A stretch of 64,000 bases of DNA from an uncultured candidate division Zixibacteria bacterium (GCA_963801605.1 CAWDFP010000006.1:1760001-1824000); one strand, 5' to 3'. Shown: positions 28,905-39,742, counted from the first letter of the stretch. Notes: a model not told the origin generated them from the letters alone. Numbers and translations are program-made.

Positions 28905-30470
28905 TTGATATTTGCGTCAAAAGTTGGAAAGATTTACCCTTATCTGCACCTGCTTCTTTTGGGCGCCTGTTTACTTTGGTATCGTTTTGGCAAGGCCGCT
29001 CAAGATTCAGAGTTAATAATTCTCTATGCGCTTTTGGGATACGCCTTAATCGTTCTATTTTTCGGATGGCTGGGACGGCGGAAATATGCAGCCTCTGCGA
29101 ACCTGTTTTTTGCTCACTCTTTATTCGATGCTGCCATAATATCGATAGTCATTCGCTATACGGGCGGATTTAATTCCGAATTTTATCTGGCATTTTTCCC
29201 GGTGGTTGCCCTGGCCTCGGTGGTTTCCAACGGCTGGCGCGCCTATATTTTGGCAATCTGGTATGGTCTCTGCTACTGGGCCGGCCTATATCCGATCGGC
29301 GTTCATAGTTTCCTGTTGCAAACTTTTATCCTGCGCCTTGGTTCAATTTGGTGTGTGGGTTTGGCCGTGTACGCAGTTGCTGAATCGATGCGTTTATCGG
29401 AAAACAAGCTGCTTAAGACACTCGATGTTCTGAACGAGCGAACCTGGGAACTGGAAAGTTCTCAGGCTCAACTTAGCGATATTTATGAAACTACCAGGGC
29501 CCTTTCGGGTATATTAGACTTAAATCAGCTTTTGACCGCCGTACTCGATGTCGCTCACCGGATATTCAGACTTAAAAAATGTCAAATTTATCTCTCGAAT
29601 GTAACATCCGACCGCCTGTTCCTTTTCGCCAGTCTGGCAAATAGCAATAAGCGGATATTCGAAAAGCCGCCGATGCATGCCCGTGATATTTCGTCTCTGG
29701 TCGATATGGGCGACCGCACCAGTATGTTGAAACGCTTAAATTACGACAACAAAGAAGCGAGTTCAAACAGCATCGATATTCCCCTCGTTTCACGCGGCAA
29801 AGTTATGGGAATTATGAAAGTTGAAACCGAAAAGGGCAACCAGCCGGATGATCGCGAACGGCATCTTCTCATGATTTTCGCCAACGCAGCGGCGGTGGCA
29901 ATCGATAACTCTCTATTGCATAAAAAGACGGAAGAGCTTACAATAATAGACGAGTTGACTGAATTGTTTAATTACAGGTACTTCAGGAATAAGCTCTCTG
30001 ACGAGCTCAGGCGCGCCGATCGATACCGTCAGAGGTTCTCGGTGCTGATGATGGATCTGGATCATTTCAAGAAAATTAATGATGAGCATGGCCATCAAAC
30101 GGGAAATATCGTTCTGCGTGAGATTTCAGGGATCGTCAAACAATGTGTCCGCGACGTCGATATCGTGGCTCGCTACGGAGGCGAGGAATTTGTGGTCATT
30201 CTGCCTCAAACCGGAGACGATGATGCTCTGGTTATCGCAGAGCGAATCAGGAGCACCGTTCAAAAAGCATTCTTTTCCAACTCCCAGGGGCAGCGGGATA
30301 TTCAAATGACGATCTCAATCGGTATAGCGAGCTATCCCAATGGAGTTAAAACTCTGGATCAGCTTATTGAAAAGGCTGACAAGACGATGTATCAGGCCAA
30401 AGCCCTGGGGCGGAATAGAGTCCAGGTTTCGGATAATATGAAGACTACCGGCGTTAAAATAGCAGTATGA
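28905..30470 (+). CDS. Membrane-bound GAF-GGDEF diguanylate cyclase
   Basis: N-terminal TM helices, GAF-like region, DELTELFN, DLDHFK.IND..GH, RDVD I-site, GGEEF. Confidence 0.92.
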   Translation: MIFASKVGKIYPYLHLLLLGACLLWYRFGKAAQDSELIILYALLGYALIVLFFGWLGRRKYAASANLFFAHSLFDAAIISIVIRYTGGFNSEFYLAFFPVVALASVVSNGWRAYILAIWYGLCYWAGLYPIGVHSFLLQTFILRLGSIWCVGLAVYAVAESMRLSENKLLKTLDVLNERTWELESSQAQLSDIYETTRALSGILDLNQLLTAVLDVAHRIFRLKKCQIYLSNVTSDRLFLFASLANSNKRIFEKPPMHARDISSLVDMGDRTSMLKRLNYDNKEASSNSIDIPLVSRGKVMGIMKVETEKGNQPDDRERHLLMIFANAAAVAIDNSLLHKKTEELTIIDELTELFNYRYFRNKLSDELRRADRYRQRFSVLMMDLDHFKKINDEHGHQTGNIVLREISGIVKQCVRDVDIVARYGGEEFVVILPQTGDDDALVIAERIRSTVQKAFFSNSQGQRDIQMTISIGIASYPNGVKTLDQLIEKADKTMYQAKALGRNRVQVSDNMKTTGVKIAV

Positions 30471-31438
30471 GTTTTAACGGCGCCAAATTCTTTATCCTCG
30501 GTTTTACGGGTCATACCCTCAATTCAGATTTCGCAAAATTTATCGAATCCAATCCGCCGGCCGGATTTTTGCTTTTGGGAGAAAATTATAAAGATGAAAA
30601 GCAATTAGGGGGTTTGATCTCCGGACTTAAGGCAATTGCCGGGGTCGACGCCCTAATAACGGTTGATCAGGAGCCGGGGAGGGTTCAGCGTTTCAAGGAC
30701 GGTTTCCCGGTTTCGAAAAAACCACGGCATTATCTAAAAGCGGGCAATATTCCGGAATACAAGGAATGGTGTACAACTACTGCCGAAAAGATGGCTGAGC
30801 TGGGAATCAATGTCAATTTAGCGCCGATGGTAGATCTCTGGCCTTTAGAGAAGGATTACGCGGTCTTGAATGACAGATCATTCGGCGATGAACCTGACAG
30901 AGTAGCGGAATTCGCCGGAATTTTAATTGAGGAGTTCCGGAAATTTCACATTCTAACCTGTGCCAAGCATTTTCCCGGGTTAGGTTCAGCTAAAGGTGAT
31001 CCGCATTCAGTTCTGTCAACATCCAACGAAAAGCTTGAACATTTCCTGGATTATCATTGGCGGCCATTCAAACAGGCCGTAATAAGCGAAGTCGCCATGA
31101 TCATGACGACTCATCTTCTTTGCCCGGCGCTCGACTCGCAAAATTGTGCCACATACTCAGGCAATGTTATCAGCCATTTGAGGAATACAGTCGGTCATCG
31201 AGGGGTGATCGTATCGGATGATCTTTATATGGCGGGCGCTCAAACCGGCAGGGATGCCGGCCAGGCCGCTTGCGATTCGCTGTATGCAGGGCATAATCTT
31301 CTGATAATATCGCGCGACCTCGAATTCCAGCGCGAGGCCGTATCGGCCGTAAAAAAACGCTTTGAAGAAGACGAGGCCTTTGGTAAAATAGCATCCGAAT
31401 ATGATAAAAGGCTCAAAGCCCTCAGGAATGCCCGCTAA
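30467..31438 (+). CDS. nagZ: Beta-N-acetylhexosaminidase (GH3)
   Basis: VDQEPGRVQR, KHFPGLG....DPH, SDDLYM; adjacent to anmK. Confidence 0.88.
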   Translation: MSFNGAKFFILGFTGHTLNSDFAKFIESNPPAGFLLLGENYKDEKQLGGLISGLKAIAGVDALITVDQEPGRVQRFKDGFPVSKKPRHYLKAGNIPEYKEWCTTTAEKMAELGINVNLAPMVDLWPLEKDYAVLNDRSFGDEPDRVAEFAGILIEEFRKFHILTCAKHFPGLGSAKGDPHSVLSTSNEKLEHFLDYHWRPFKQAVISEVAMIMTTHLLCPALDSQNCATYSGNVISHLRNTVGHRGVIVSDDLYMAGAQTGRDAGQAACDSLYAGHNLLIISRDLEFQREAVSAVKKRFEEDEAFGKIASEYDKRLKALRNAR

Positions 31439-32582
31439 GTTCCTTCCACAATTATTGCATCAAAAGCCGCTATATATTATTGGGCTTAATTCCGGCACCA
31501 GCGCTGACGGTTTCGATATGGCTTATTCCAGATTCTCCCGCTTGGAAAAACCGGAGATATTGAAAACCCGATCATATAATTATCCCGATGAACTTCGGAA
31601 TCGAATAATCGCTTTGGCGGAGCCTGAATTTGTGGATGGAGTCGAGTGGATGGCGCTCGACTACGAACTTGGAGATATGTTCGGAGATGCCGTCAAACAA
31701 TTTGCGTTAAGAATAAGAAAAGCCAAAGGGACAATAGATTTGGTTGGCTCTCATGGGCAAACCATTCGGCATCTTCCAAATAAATATAACAAGCCACTTA
31801 CCTTGCAGGTAGGCGATCCATCCATAATTGCCAGAAAATCCGGTTTGCCGGTTGTGGCGGACTTCCGTCGTTCCGACATTGCGGCGGGGGGAGAAGGGGC
31901 GCCTCTTTCGCCGATTTTGCATGAGGCGCTTTTCAGAGTCAAGAATAAATGGCGTGCAGTAGTCAATATTGGCGGGATTGCCAATATTACGATTTTGCCG
32001 CCTTTAGGCAAATCGTTTAAACCGCTGGCAGGCGATTCAGGACCGGGGAATATGCTAATCGATCTTGCCATGCGCAGATTGTTTGATCAATCTTATGATG
32101 TCAATGGCTACATGGCGCAAAAAGGAATCCCCAATATTGATTTAATCAATAATACGCTTAAAAATCCCTATTTCAAACTCCGGCCTCCGAAATCAACCGG
32201 CAGGGAACTTTTCGGTCAAAGCTTCCTTGAAAGCGTTATGAAGGAGCTCAGGGGAAGATCATCAGAAGATATTATTGCCACTCTCAGTATGATCACGGTG
32301 GCATCGATTACCGATTTTATTAAGCGCTATGGTCCCAGGGTTGAGGAGATATATCTCTGCGGCGGCGGCGCCAAAAATGGATTTATCGTCGATCACTTAA
32401 AAAGCGCTTTCAAGGGTAATGTGGTCGAATCAACCGCAAGCGTGGGATACAATCCCGATTATTTAGAAGCCCTGCTCTGGGCTTTTTTGGCATATCGTTT
32501 TATCACCGAAAATCCAATCGAAGCTCGCAGTTTTACAGGAGCCGTCAAACCATACATTCCGGGAAAATTATGCCTGCCATAA
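31428..32582 (+). CDS. anmK: Anhydro-N-acetylmuramic acid kinase
   Basis: GLNSGTSADG, GSHGQT, DFRRSDIAAGGEGAPL, NIGGIAN, PPKSTGRE, CGGG. Confidence 0.95.
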   Translation: MPAKFLPQLLHQKPLYIIGLNSGTSADGFDMAYSRFSRLEKPEILKTRSYNYPDELRNRIIALAEPEFVDGVEWMALDYELGDMFGDAVKQFALRIRKAKGTIDLVGSHGQTIRHLPNKYNKPLTLQVGDPSIIARKSGLPVVADFRRSDIAAGGEGAPLSPILHEALFRVKNKWRAVVNIGGIANITILPPLGKSFKPLAGDSGPGNMLIDLAMRRLFDQSYDVNGYMAQKGIPNIDLINNTLKNPYFKLRPPKSTGRELFGQSFLESVMKELRGRSSEDIIATLSMITVASITDFIKRYGPRVEEIYLCGGGAKNGFIVDHLKSAFKGNVVESTASVGYNPDYLEALLWAFLAYRFITENPIEARSFTGAVKPYIPGKLCLP

Positions 32583-33820
32583 GAAAAATCTTCTTTGCAA
32601 TCATGATGGTATCGATTTTGGCTTTACGTTCCAACGCTCAACAAGACCCCATATCGGAGAAACTGAAAAATTTTAATCGTGAGATACCGATTGAGTTGTT
32701 TGAGGGCCAGGAGGCTACTCTGGGAGTGCGAAATGGAGAAGCTGTCCTGGAATGTTATCGAGGAGTAAAGCTTTCAGAAATATTCTATTTTAATACCACC
32801 GTTATACTGGATTTTCGGGAGAACGGAATTGAAATCGATGATGAAGATGGCCCTCTGGCAATCGGGCTAACCGAAGTCCGTTGTAAACCCCGTCAGGATC
32901 TGGCGCTTTTGACTTTTGGCGATCATTCATTTCGAGGATATTTCAAAGCCCAGTACCAGGAAACTCCTAAGGGGATTATGCTTATTAACGTAGTTGATAT
33001 CGAGGATTATGTTAAGGGAGTGTTGCCGGGAGAGATTGGAGATCGTACTCCGGAAGAGTATGAGGCTGTAAAAGCCCAGGCAGTAGCCGCCAGGACCTAT
33101 GCTGTCTGGAAGTTAACGGATAACGAAACATCGAAGAGACTTGCTCCGACCATAGCCGACCAGCTTTACACGGGGGCCGATACGGAGAAAGACCTGCTTT
33201 CCAAAGGAGTCGATGACACTCAGGGTGAGATTATAACCTTCAAAAATCGCCCGATCTCGGCTTATTATCACGCTGTATGCGGAGGGCACACCGCTCCCAT
33301 AGAGAAGGTTTGGCCGGAAAAACATCCGTCGCCCTATCTGGTAGGCGTGGATGATCGCGATTATTGCGCTTGGGCCAAATCGTATTCCTGGACGGAAGAG
33401 TTTAGTTTATCAAAACTTCAGGAAACGCTTGATAAATATTTCACCGACAAAGGTAAATGTCAGCCGGGCGCTTTTGGTCCGATACGCGATATCGAATTTA
33501 CGCGCGATAAAGAAACCGGGCGGATGGAATTCATGAAAGTCAGCACCTTAACCGGCACTTACAAGGAGACCGACGACCATATTCGTTGGGCGCTGGTACG
33601 GCCCTCCTCGCCGGGAGCAATTCTGCCGTCGACGAAATTTAGAGTCGAAAAAGTAATGGACGGCAATAAACTCAATGGTTTGAGGATTTTCGGGACCGGC
33701 AACGGCCACGGAGTTGGCATGTGTCAATGCGGAGCGATAGGCCAGTCTCGCCTGGGAAATAAATATCAGGATATATTAAAATATTACTATAAGCATATTA
33801 AAATCGTAAAAGTCTATTAG
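32570..33820 (+). CDS. SpoIID/LytB-domain lytic transglycosylase
   Basis: EDYVKGVLPGE, KAQAVAARTY, GNGHGVGMCQ.GA, ILKYYY. Confidence 0.9.
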   Translation: MPAIRKIFFAIMMVSILALRSNAQQDPISEKLKNFNREIPIELFEGQEATLGVRNGEAVLECYRGVKLSEIFYFNTTVILDFRENGIEIDDEDGPLAIGLTEVRCKPRQDLALLTFGDHSFRGYFKAQYQETPKGIMLINVVDIEDYVKGVLPGEIGDRTPEEYEAVKAQAVAARTYAVWKLTDNETSKRLAPTIADQLYTGADTEKDLLSKGVDDTQGEIITFKNRPISAYYHAVCGGHTAPIEKVWPEKHPSPYLVGVDDRDYCAWAKSYSWTEEFSLSKLQETLDKYFTDKGKCQPGAFGPIRDIEFTRDKETGRMEFMKVSTLTGTYKETDDHIRWALVRPSSPGAILPSTKFRVEKVMDGNKLNGLRIFGTGNGHGVGMCQCGAIGQSRLGNKYQDILKYYYKHIKIVKVY

Positions 33821-33918
33821 TAATTATGCCAGGTATAAATCGATATAAGACAGCTTGATTTATACTCGAATGCGATTATCTTTTGGCGCGCGCGAAGGTA
33901 CGCCAGTCGGGGATTAAA

Positions 33919-34693
33919 ATGACTACTATTAGACCTTTAAAAATTGCGATAGTGCAGGATGTACCCGGAATCGGCTTGCGCGAAAATTATCGGCAAATTA
34001 TAGGTGGTTTTAAGCCCGACATATCTGGCCTTTTCCGAATATTTTCTCGTGGGTCCGGAGCAGACCGATACGGCCGCCTCATCGAAAAGGCGTGATGATA
34101 ATATTGGTCTGATAAAACAATGGTCTCTCGAATTTAATTGTCTGGTGGTCGGCGGGACGATTGTAGATGTCGAAAATAATCGCAATTTCAATCGTTGTTA
34201 TTTAATCGACAAGGGGAATATCATCGGTCATTATGATAAGATTCATCTCTACCGAAATGAAGGCAACGGACAGATAACCCCCGGAAACGAACATCGAGTT
34301 ATCCAATGGGGCGAGCTTAAGATTGGGCTTCTGATTTGCGCTGATGTTCTTTATCCGGAGTCATTTCAGGCGCTCGCCGGGATGCATCCGGATTTAGTTT
34401 TTATTCCGACAACATCACCTTTCAAGCCGGGAGAGGGACCGGAGGCTAAATTTGCCCGAGATGATAATCTTTACGCTAAAGGAGCGGCTATATCCGATGC
34501 GATTTTATTCAAGGTCAATGCTACAGGTTCAATAATTGGGCATCGGCTCCAAGGGAGGAGCCTGATCGCCAGTCCCCATAGGATACATTGGCGAATCGAA
34601 CCTATCGATGAAGATAAATCAGCTCTTGCTCTGGTTACCCTTAGGGGAGATAAGCGAAATCCGCTGCTTGACATAGTAACTCATCTGGACTAA
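33919..34693 (+). CDS. Carbon-nitrogen hydrolase (nitrilase superfamily); +1 frameshift ~34023
   Basis: LKIAIVQ start; reconstructed PDILAFSEY (E), YDKIHL (K), LICAD (C) triad. Confidence 0.8.
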
Positions 34694-34705
34694 CTTATAA
34701 GCTAT

Positions 34706-35146
34706 ATGGTTCCTTTCAAGCCTGCAGAGATCAGGGTTATTGCGGTGTTGTCGGTTTTGGCGCTGGCAGGTTCGGTTGTAACTATACTGCAAAGGCAAGG
34801 GCGAATTTCCCGTCTCGACCTGGGTACATTTTCCGAAAAGAGCATTTATAATTATAGTTATCGCTCCAAAGAATTAAAAGAGGCATCCGTTCAAAATGCT
34901 TCTGATCAATTAAAAGCGCTATCGACAGTTCCGGAGGCTAAAGGAGCCGGAGAGACTCTGGATATCAATCATGCCGGCCTCTATGATCTGGAGGCGCTTC
35001 CGGGCATCGGGCCAGTCATGGCTCAGCGGATTATAGATTTTCGCGATAGTCTTGGGGGATTTACAGCAGTCGATGATCTCAAAAAAGTAAAGGGAATTGG
35101 ACCGGCCAAATTTGCCCTGATAAAAGATAAAGTGGCCATAAAATGA
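34706..35146 (+). CDS. comEA: ComEA-family helix-hairpin-helix DNA-binding protein
   Basis: N-terminal TM; LDIN.A...LEALPGIGP..AQRII..R..GGF....DL.KVKGIG. Confidence 0.85.
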   Translation: MVPFKPAEIRVIAVLSVLALAGSVVTILQRQGRISRLDLGTFSEKSIYNYSYRSKELKEASVQNASDQLKALSTVPEAKGAGETLDINHAGLYDLEALPGIGPVMAQRIIDFRDSLGGFTAVDDLKKVKGIGPAKFALIKDKVAIK

Positions 35147-35949
35147 AATTAGGAATAACGCTTCTCGATGATAGACTGCTTCTATCGTACCACTACGGCG
35201 ATATAAAAGAACCGGAATTCAGGGCTTTTCCGATTAAAGACAAGGCCGATTCGCCGGGTTGGGTATGGCGGGCCGCGGGGGAAGAGGCTTTCGAATCGTT
35301 CAGGCGCGCCGAGCAGGCAATTTTGGCTCTTCCCGCTGGAGGTACCTACCTGAAGCGTTTGGAGGTCGATGGCAAACTCGCCAGGGAACAGTCGACCTAT
35401 TTGCAGTGGCTGGCTTCGACTCAGATTCCCGGATCACTCACCGATTATCGTTATGATTTTATTTCGCTTCGCGAAAGTTTCGATAGCAGAATGGTCGAGA
35501 TGCTTTTCTACGCCATTCCAGCCAGACTTATTGATAGTCTTTTATACGGCCTTAAAACCGAGAATCAACCATCGCCGATTAATTATTTTCCGGAGCAGCT
35601 CGGGTTGGTCAGAGTAGTGGAAAAGTCAGTTCAAAGAGATGATATCGCCCAGGCCGGGATAGTCAACTGCGATATGCGGGGGGCCGGAGCGGTTTATATC
35701 AGAGATGGGCGTTTTAATCACTGCCGCTATTTCCCAATTCATGCCTCCAGACGCGAAGACCTTTCAACAGACATAGAAACATATTTTCTCAGCCGCGCGG
35801 ATGCCTCCGAATCGTTGCCCTTGATAGTAACCGGCTTTCCCGAAGATTTTAAGACCAACTGGTCGCCCGTGGTGCCGGCATTCATGGGAATCCATAATCT
35901 CGAATTTGCGGCGGGTTGGGGCGTGGCAGATTTTACCGGTGCCGGATGA
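35143..35949 (+). CDS. Divergent PilM/GspL-like protein
   Basis: AILALP....LKRL, W.A..QIP..L.DY.YDF, VEMLFYAI and GIVNCD...AVYIRDG patterns resemble PilM. Confidence 0.5.
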   Translation: MKLGITLLDDRLLLSYHYGDIKEPEFRAFPIKDKADSPGWVWRAAGEEAFESFRRAEQAILALPAGGTYLKRLEVDGKLAREQSTYLQWLASTQIPGSLTDYRYDFISLRESFDSRMVEMLFYAIPARLIDSLLYGLKTENQPSPINYFPEQLGLVRVVEKSVQRDDIAQAGIVNCDMRGAGAVYIRDGRFNHCRYFPIHASRREDLSTDIETYFLSRADASESLPLIVTGFPEDFKTNWSPVVPAFMGIHNLEFAAGWGVADFTGAG

Positions 35950-36509
35950 GAATCGCAGGGGGCGAATTTCGGGGGCGTATCATCAAGACGCCAAAAATCC
36001 CCACTATCAGGCCATCGACAGAGAAAACTCGGGAGGCGATTTTCTCCGTATTAGGCGCTGATATTCTCGACGCTAAGGTCGCGGACCTATTTTGCGGATC
36101 GGGGGCGTTAGGGCTTGAGGCAATTTCGCGCGGGGCGTCAAGCGCTCTATTTATTGATATCAATTCAGCATGCACTACCACTGTAAAAGAGAATGTTATA
36201 ACGCTGGGGCTTGAATCCTGCACAAAAGTTATGACTTTGAATGCGCTGGGGCTCAGGGCCTCGCATCTTAATGATGTGGGAATCATTTTTGCCGATCCGC
36301 CATATAAGATGGGATATGCTGAGCGCCTGGTTTCGTTATTGTCCTTGCAAAAATTACTCTGGCATGGGATATTAGTATTGGAACACGAGCCTAAATGGAT
36401 TTATGAAGGCGATAGGTTTGAGTTGGCGAAAAGACTTGAGTTTGGAGATACAGCAGTGAGTTTCCTTCTGGGGCGAAAGGATGTAGAAAGGATTGATTCC
36501 AATGATTGA
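35946..36509 (+). CDS. rsmD: 16S rRNA m2G966 methyltransferase
   Basis: MRIAGGEFRGR, RPS.EKTREAIF, DLFCGSGALGLEA.SRGA, DPPY. Confidence 0.93.
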   Translation: MRIAGGEFRGRIIKTPKIPTIRPSTEKTREAIFSVLGADILDAKVADLFCGSGALGLEAISRGASSALFIDINSACTTTVKENVITLGLESCTKVMTLNALGLRASHLNDVGIIFADPPYKMGYAERLVSLLSLQKLLWHGILVLEHEPKWIYEGDRFELAKRLEFGDTAVSFLLGRKDVERIDSND

Positions 36510-36984
36510 TACCGCGCTTTATCCCGGCACATTCGACCCGATTACGCTGGGCCATGTGGATATCATCAAGAGGGCCAGGCGAATATTCGGGAAATTAGTG
36601 GTGGCAGTCGCCGATAACCCCGAGAAAAATCCGCTGTTCTCGGTTGAGGAAAGGATCGAAATTATTAAGGACGCCACTCGCGAGATGGGCGATATTACGG
36701 TAGCATCCTTCAGCGACCTGACGGCGCGCTATGCCAAATCAATCGATGCACTCGTTATTATTAGAGGTCTGCGGGCCGTTTCCGATTTCGAATTCGAATT
36801 CCAGATGGCGCTCATGAATCGTAAAATAGAGCCGACCGTTGAGACGGTTTTTTTAATGCCTAATGAAAAATACAGCTACCTGTCATCGTCGCTGGTAAAA
36901 GATATTGCCCGTCGCGGCGGGGATATCTCCTGTTTTGTACCTGATGGAGTAAAAGAGAGACTGGCGCGACGCTTTTCCGGGTGA
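36502..36984 (+). CDS. coaD: Pantetheine-phosphate adenylyltransferase
   Basis: YPGTFDPIT.GH, RGLRAVSDFE.E, SSSLVK. Confidence 0.96.
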   Translation: MIDTALYPGTFDPITLGHVDIIKRARRIFGKLVVAVADNPEKNPLFSVEERIEIIKDATREMGDITVASFSDLTARYAKSIDALVIIRGLRAVSDFEFEFQMALMNRKIEPTVETVFLMPNEKYSYLSSSLVKDIARRGGDISCFVPDGVKERLARRFSG

Positions 36985-37007
36985 AACCGCCATATAGGGA
37001 GAAGATA

Positions 37008-38510
37008 ATGAACGAAGAGTTAAGCGAAATTTTACAGAATAGACGTCAAAAATTAGACAAACTGCGCGAACTTAATATAAATCCATTTCCATTTCGATAT
37101 GAAAGAACGCATCAATCAACTCAGGTTATTTCTAATTTCGATCTTCTGGAGTCAAGCGGTGCGACAGTCAAAGTGGCCGGACGATTAATGAGTATCAGGC
37201 TGCATGGGAAAACCTTGTTTGCTCATATCAAGGACGGCGTGGGAACGATCCAGATTTATGTAAGGCGGGATGATATTGGCCAGGAAATATTTGATCGTTT
37301 CGGCCTGTTCGATATGGGCGATATTATCGGAGTTGAGGGAACTATTTTTAAGACGCATACTGGCGAGATAACGATTCGGGTATCGTCCTTCGAGCTGTTG
37401 ACAAAATCGCTTCAGCCGCTGCCGGAGAAATGGCATGGGCTTCAGGATAAGGAGCTCAGGTATCGCCGGCGCTATCTCGATCTTCTGGGCAGCCCGGAGG
37501 TGCTCGATACGTTCAGGATGCGTACCAGGATCATCAATGCAGTCAGACGATTCCTCGATGAGCGCGGTTTTCTGGAAGTTGAAACACCAGTGCTGCAACG
37601 TATCTACGGAGGCACCAATGCCAAGCCGTTTATGACTCATCTCAACGCGCTTGATATGGATCTTTATTTGCGTATCGCAGACGAGCTTTATCTAAAGCGT
37701 CTGGTCATTGGCGGGATAGAGAAGGTGTATGAAATATCCAAAGACTTCCGCAACGAGGGGATGGATCGGAATCACAACCCCGAATTCACGATGCTGGAAT
37801 TCTATTGGGCTTATGCCGATTATATCGATCTCATGAAGCTTATCGAGCTTATGTATTTTAAGATTTCTACCGAGCTTTTAGGAACAGATAAAATTAAGAG
37901 AGAAGAAAAGGATATTTCTCTGACCCCGCCCTTTAAAAGGCTTCCTTATTATGAGGCTTTCAATCAATATCTGGGAGTTGACGTCATAGATTACGATGAG
38001 AATCAATTAAAGGCCCTGGCGGTTGAGAAGGGTTTGATTAAAGAAGAGGCCAAGATTATCGGCCGAGGCGGTTATCTCGATATTATCTCAAAGGAATTGG
38101 TTGAGCCTCATCTGGAACAGCCGACTTTTATTACCGATTACCCCATAGAGCTTTCGCCCCTGGCAAAAAAGCATCGCAGCGATCCGCGATTGACTGAGCG
38201 TTTTGAGCTTTTCATCGATGGTGTGGAATATGGCAACGGTTTTTCAGAGCTAAACGATCCTGACGATCAACGGGCTCGTTTTGAGGCTCAGCGCGCTCGC
38301 AAGGAAGCAGGAGACGAGGAGGCTCATCCCATAGACGAGGATTTCCTCTTTGCGCTTCAACACGGCATGCCGCCAACCACAGGTTTTGGCCTGGGGGTGG
38401 ATCGCTTTATAATGCTGCTTACCGGCGCCCACTCGATCCGCGATGTCATCTTTTTCCCGATTATGAAACCGGAGGCAACCAGAAGCACTATCCCTCTCGA
38501 AGATGAATAA
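37008..38510 (+). CDS. lysS: Lysine--tRNA ligase (class II)
   Basis: OB-fold, RYRRRYLDL, FRNEG.D..HNPEF, GMPPT.G.G.G.DR. Confidence 0.97.
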   Translation: MNEELSEILQNRRQKLDKLRELNINPFPFRYERTHQSTQVISNFDLLESSGATVKVAGRLMSIRLHGKTLFAHIKDGVGTIQIYVRRDDIGQEIFDRFGLFDMGDIIGVEGTIFKTHTGEITIRVSSFELLTKSLQPLPEKWHGLQDKELRYRRRYLDLLGSPEVLDTFRMRTRIINAVRRFLDERGFLEVETPVLQRIYGGTNAKPFMTHLNALDMDLYLRIADELYLKRLVIGGIEKVYEISKDFRNEGMDRNHNPEFTMLEFYWAYADYIDLMKLIELMYFKISTELLGTDKIKREEKDISLTPPFKRLPYYEAFNQYLGVDVIDYDENQLKALAVEKGLIKEEAKIIGRGGYLDIISKELVEPHLEQPTFITDYPIELSPLAKKHRSDPRLTERFELFIDGVEYGNGFSELNDPDDQRARFEAQRARKEAGDEEAHPIDEDFLFALQHGMPPTTGFGLGVDRFIMLLTGAHSIRDVIFFPIMKPEATRSTIPLEDE

Positions 38511-38512
38511 TC

Positions 38513-39742
38513 ATGTCATTTGAGTTTTTCATAGCCAAACGGTATTTCACGTCACGGCACAGGCAGGGATTTCTTTCGCTCCTGGGAGTAATTTCTATCG
38601 GAGTAGTTCTTCTTTCGACGGCATCGCTGTTACTGGTCATGTCGGTGATGAATGGTTTCGAGACGGAAGTCCGCGACCGCATTATCGGCACTATGGCGCA
38701 TATTATGGTGGCCTCCCGGTTTATGGGAGGGATCGAGGACTGGCCGCAGGTCGAAAAAGATATCCAGTCCGTGCATGGAGTAACATCCACCAGCCCGGTT
38801 ATTATCGCCAAATCGGCGATCTCCTCAAAATATGAAACTGACGGCGTTGTCGTCCGCGGTATCATTCCGGGAAAAGAAGCCGAAGTCTCAAATATATCGG
38901 AATATTTGATCACTCATGAACTGTCATTTGAAACCCCTGATACCAATTTTGTGGGCGTCTGGCTGGGAATCGATCTCGCTAATCGCCTTAATGTTTCTTT
39001 AGATGACAAAATCCGCCTATACTCTCTAAAGGACGTCGGCAGTGCCCTGACGGGTTTTACTCCCAAGGTAATGCTATGTATGGTTACCGGGATAGTCGAA
39101 ACCGGCATGTCGACTTATGATGATAATTTTGTATATATGCCTCTGGCCAGAGCTCAGGAGCTATTCAATCTCGGAAGCGCTGTCACTACTATTGAAGTTA
39201 AAACCACCGATTTTTATACCGCCTGGAAAGTTGCCAGGGATATCGCTGAGAAAGTGGGTCTTAAATACAGCGCCACCGATTGGAAAGATTACAATCGCAA
39301 TCTTTTTTCCTGGATGACCCTTGAAAAATGGATGATGTTTTTGGTGCTCATGTTGTTCGTGCTGGTGGCAGCCAGTAACATCATCGCTCTTTTAATCATG
39401 ATGGTTTTAGCCAAGCGAGCCGATATTGGCATCCTGATGGCAACGGGCTTATCGAGAAACCGGGTCAAACGGATATTCGCGTTCCAGGGACTGATTATTG
39501 GGGCAGTTGGCGGAATATTGGGAGTTACAATCGCTACGATCCTGGGTTTGATTCAAAAAAAATATTCGGTGATTTCGCTTCCCAGCGATATCTATTTTAT
39601 CTCAGCTCTGCCCATAGATATCAGGCCTCTTGATATTGTTTTAATATTGGCGCTGGCGGTATTAATTGGCCTGCTTTTCTCGATCTATCCCGCCTTAAGA
39701 GCCTCGCGGCTTGAACCGGTGGATATTATCCGTTATGAATGA
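38513..39742 (+). CDS. lolE: Lipoprotein-releasing ABC transporter permease LolC/E
   Basis: VMSVMNGF, EK.MMF, IGIL.A.G, YPA.RAS.LEP..I.RYE. Confidence 0.85.
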   Translation: MSFEFFIAKRYFTSRHRQGFLSLLGVISIGVVLLSTASLLLVMSVMNGFETEVRDRIIGTMAHIMVASRFMGGIEDWPQVEKDIQSVHGVTSTSPVIIAKSAISSKYETDGVVVRGIIPGKEAEVSNISEYLITHELSFETPDTNFVGVWLGIDLANRLNVSLDDKIRLYSLKDVGSALTGFTPKVMLCMVTGIVETGMSTYDDNFVYMPLARAQELFNLGSAVTTIEVKTTDFYTAWKVARDIAEKVGLKYSATDWKDYNRNLFSWMTLEKWMMFLVLMLFVLVAASNIIALLIMMVLAKRADIGILMATGLSRNRVKRIFAFQGLIIGAVGGILGVTIATILGLIQKKYSVISLPSDIYFISALPIDIRPLDIVLILALAVLIGLLFSIYPALRASRLEPVDIIRYE

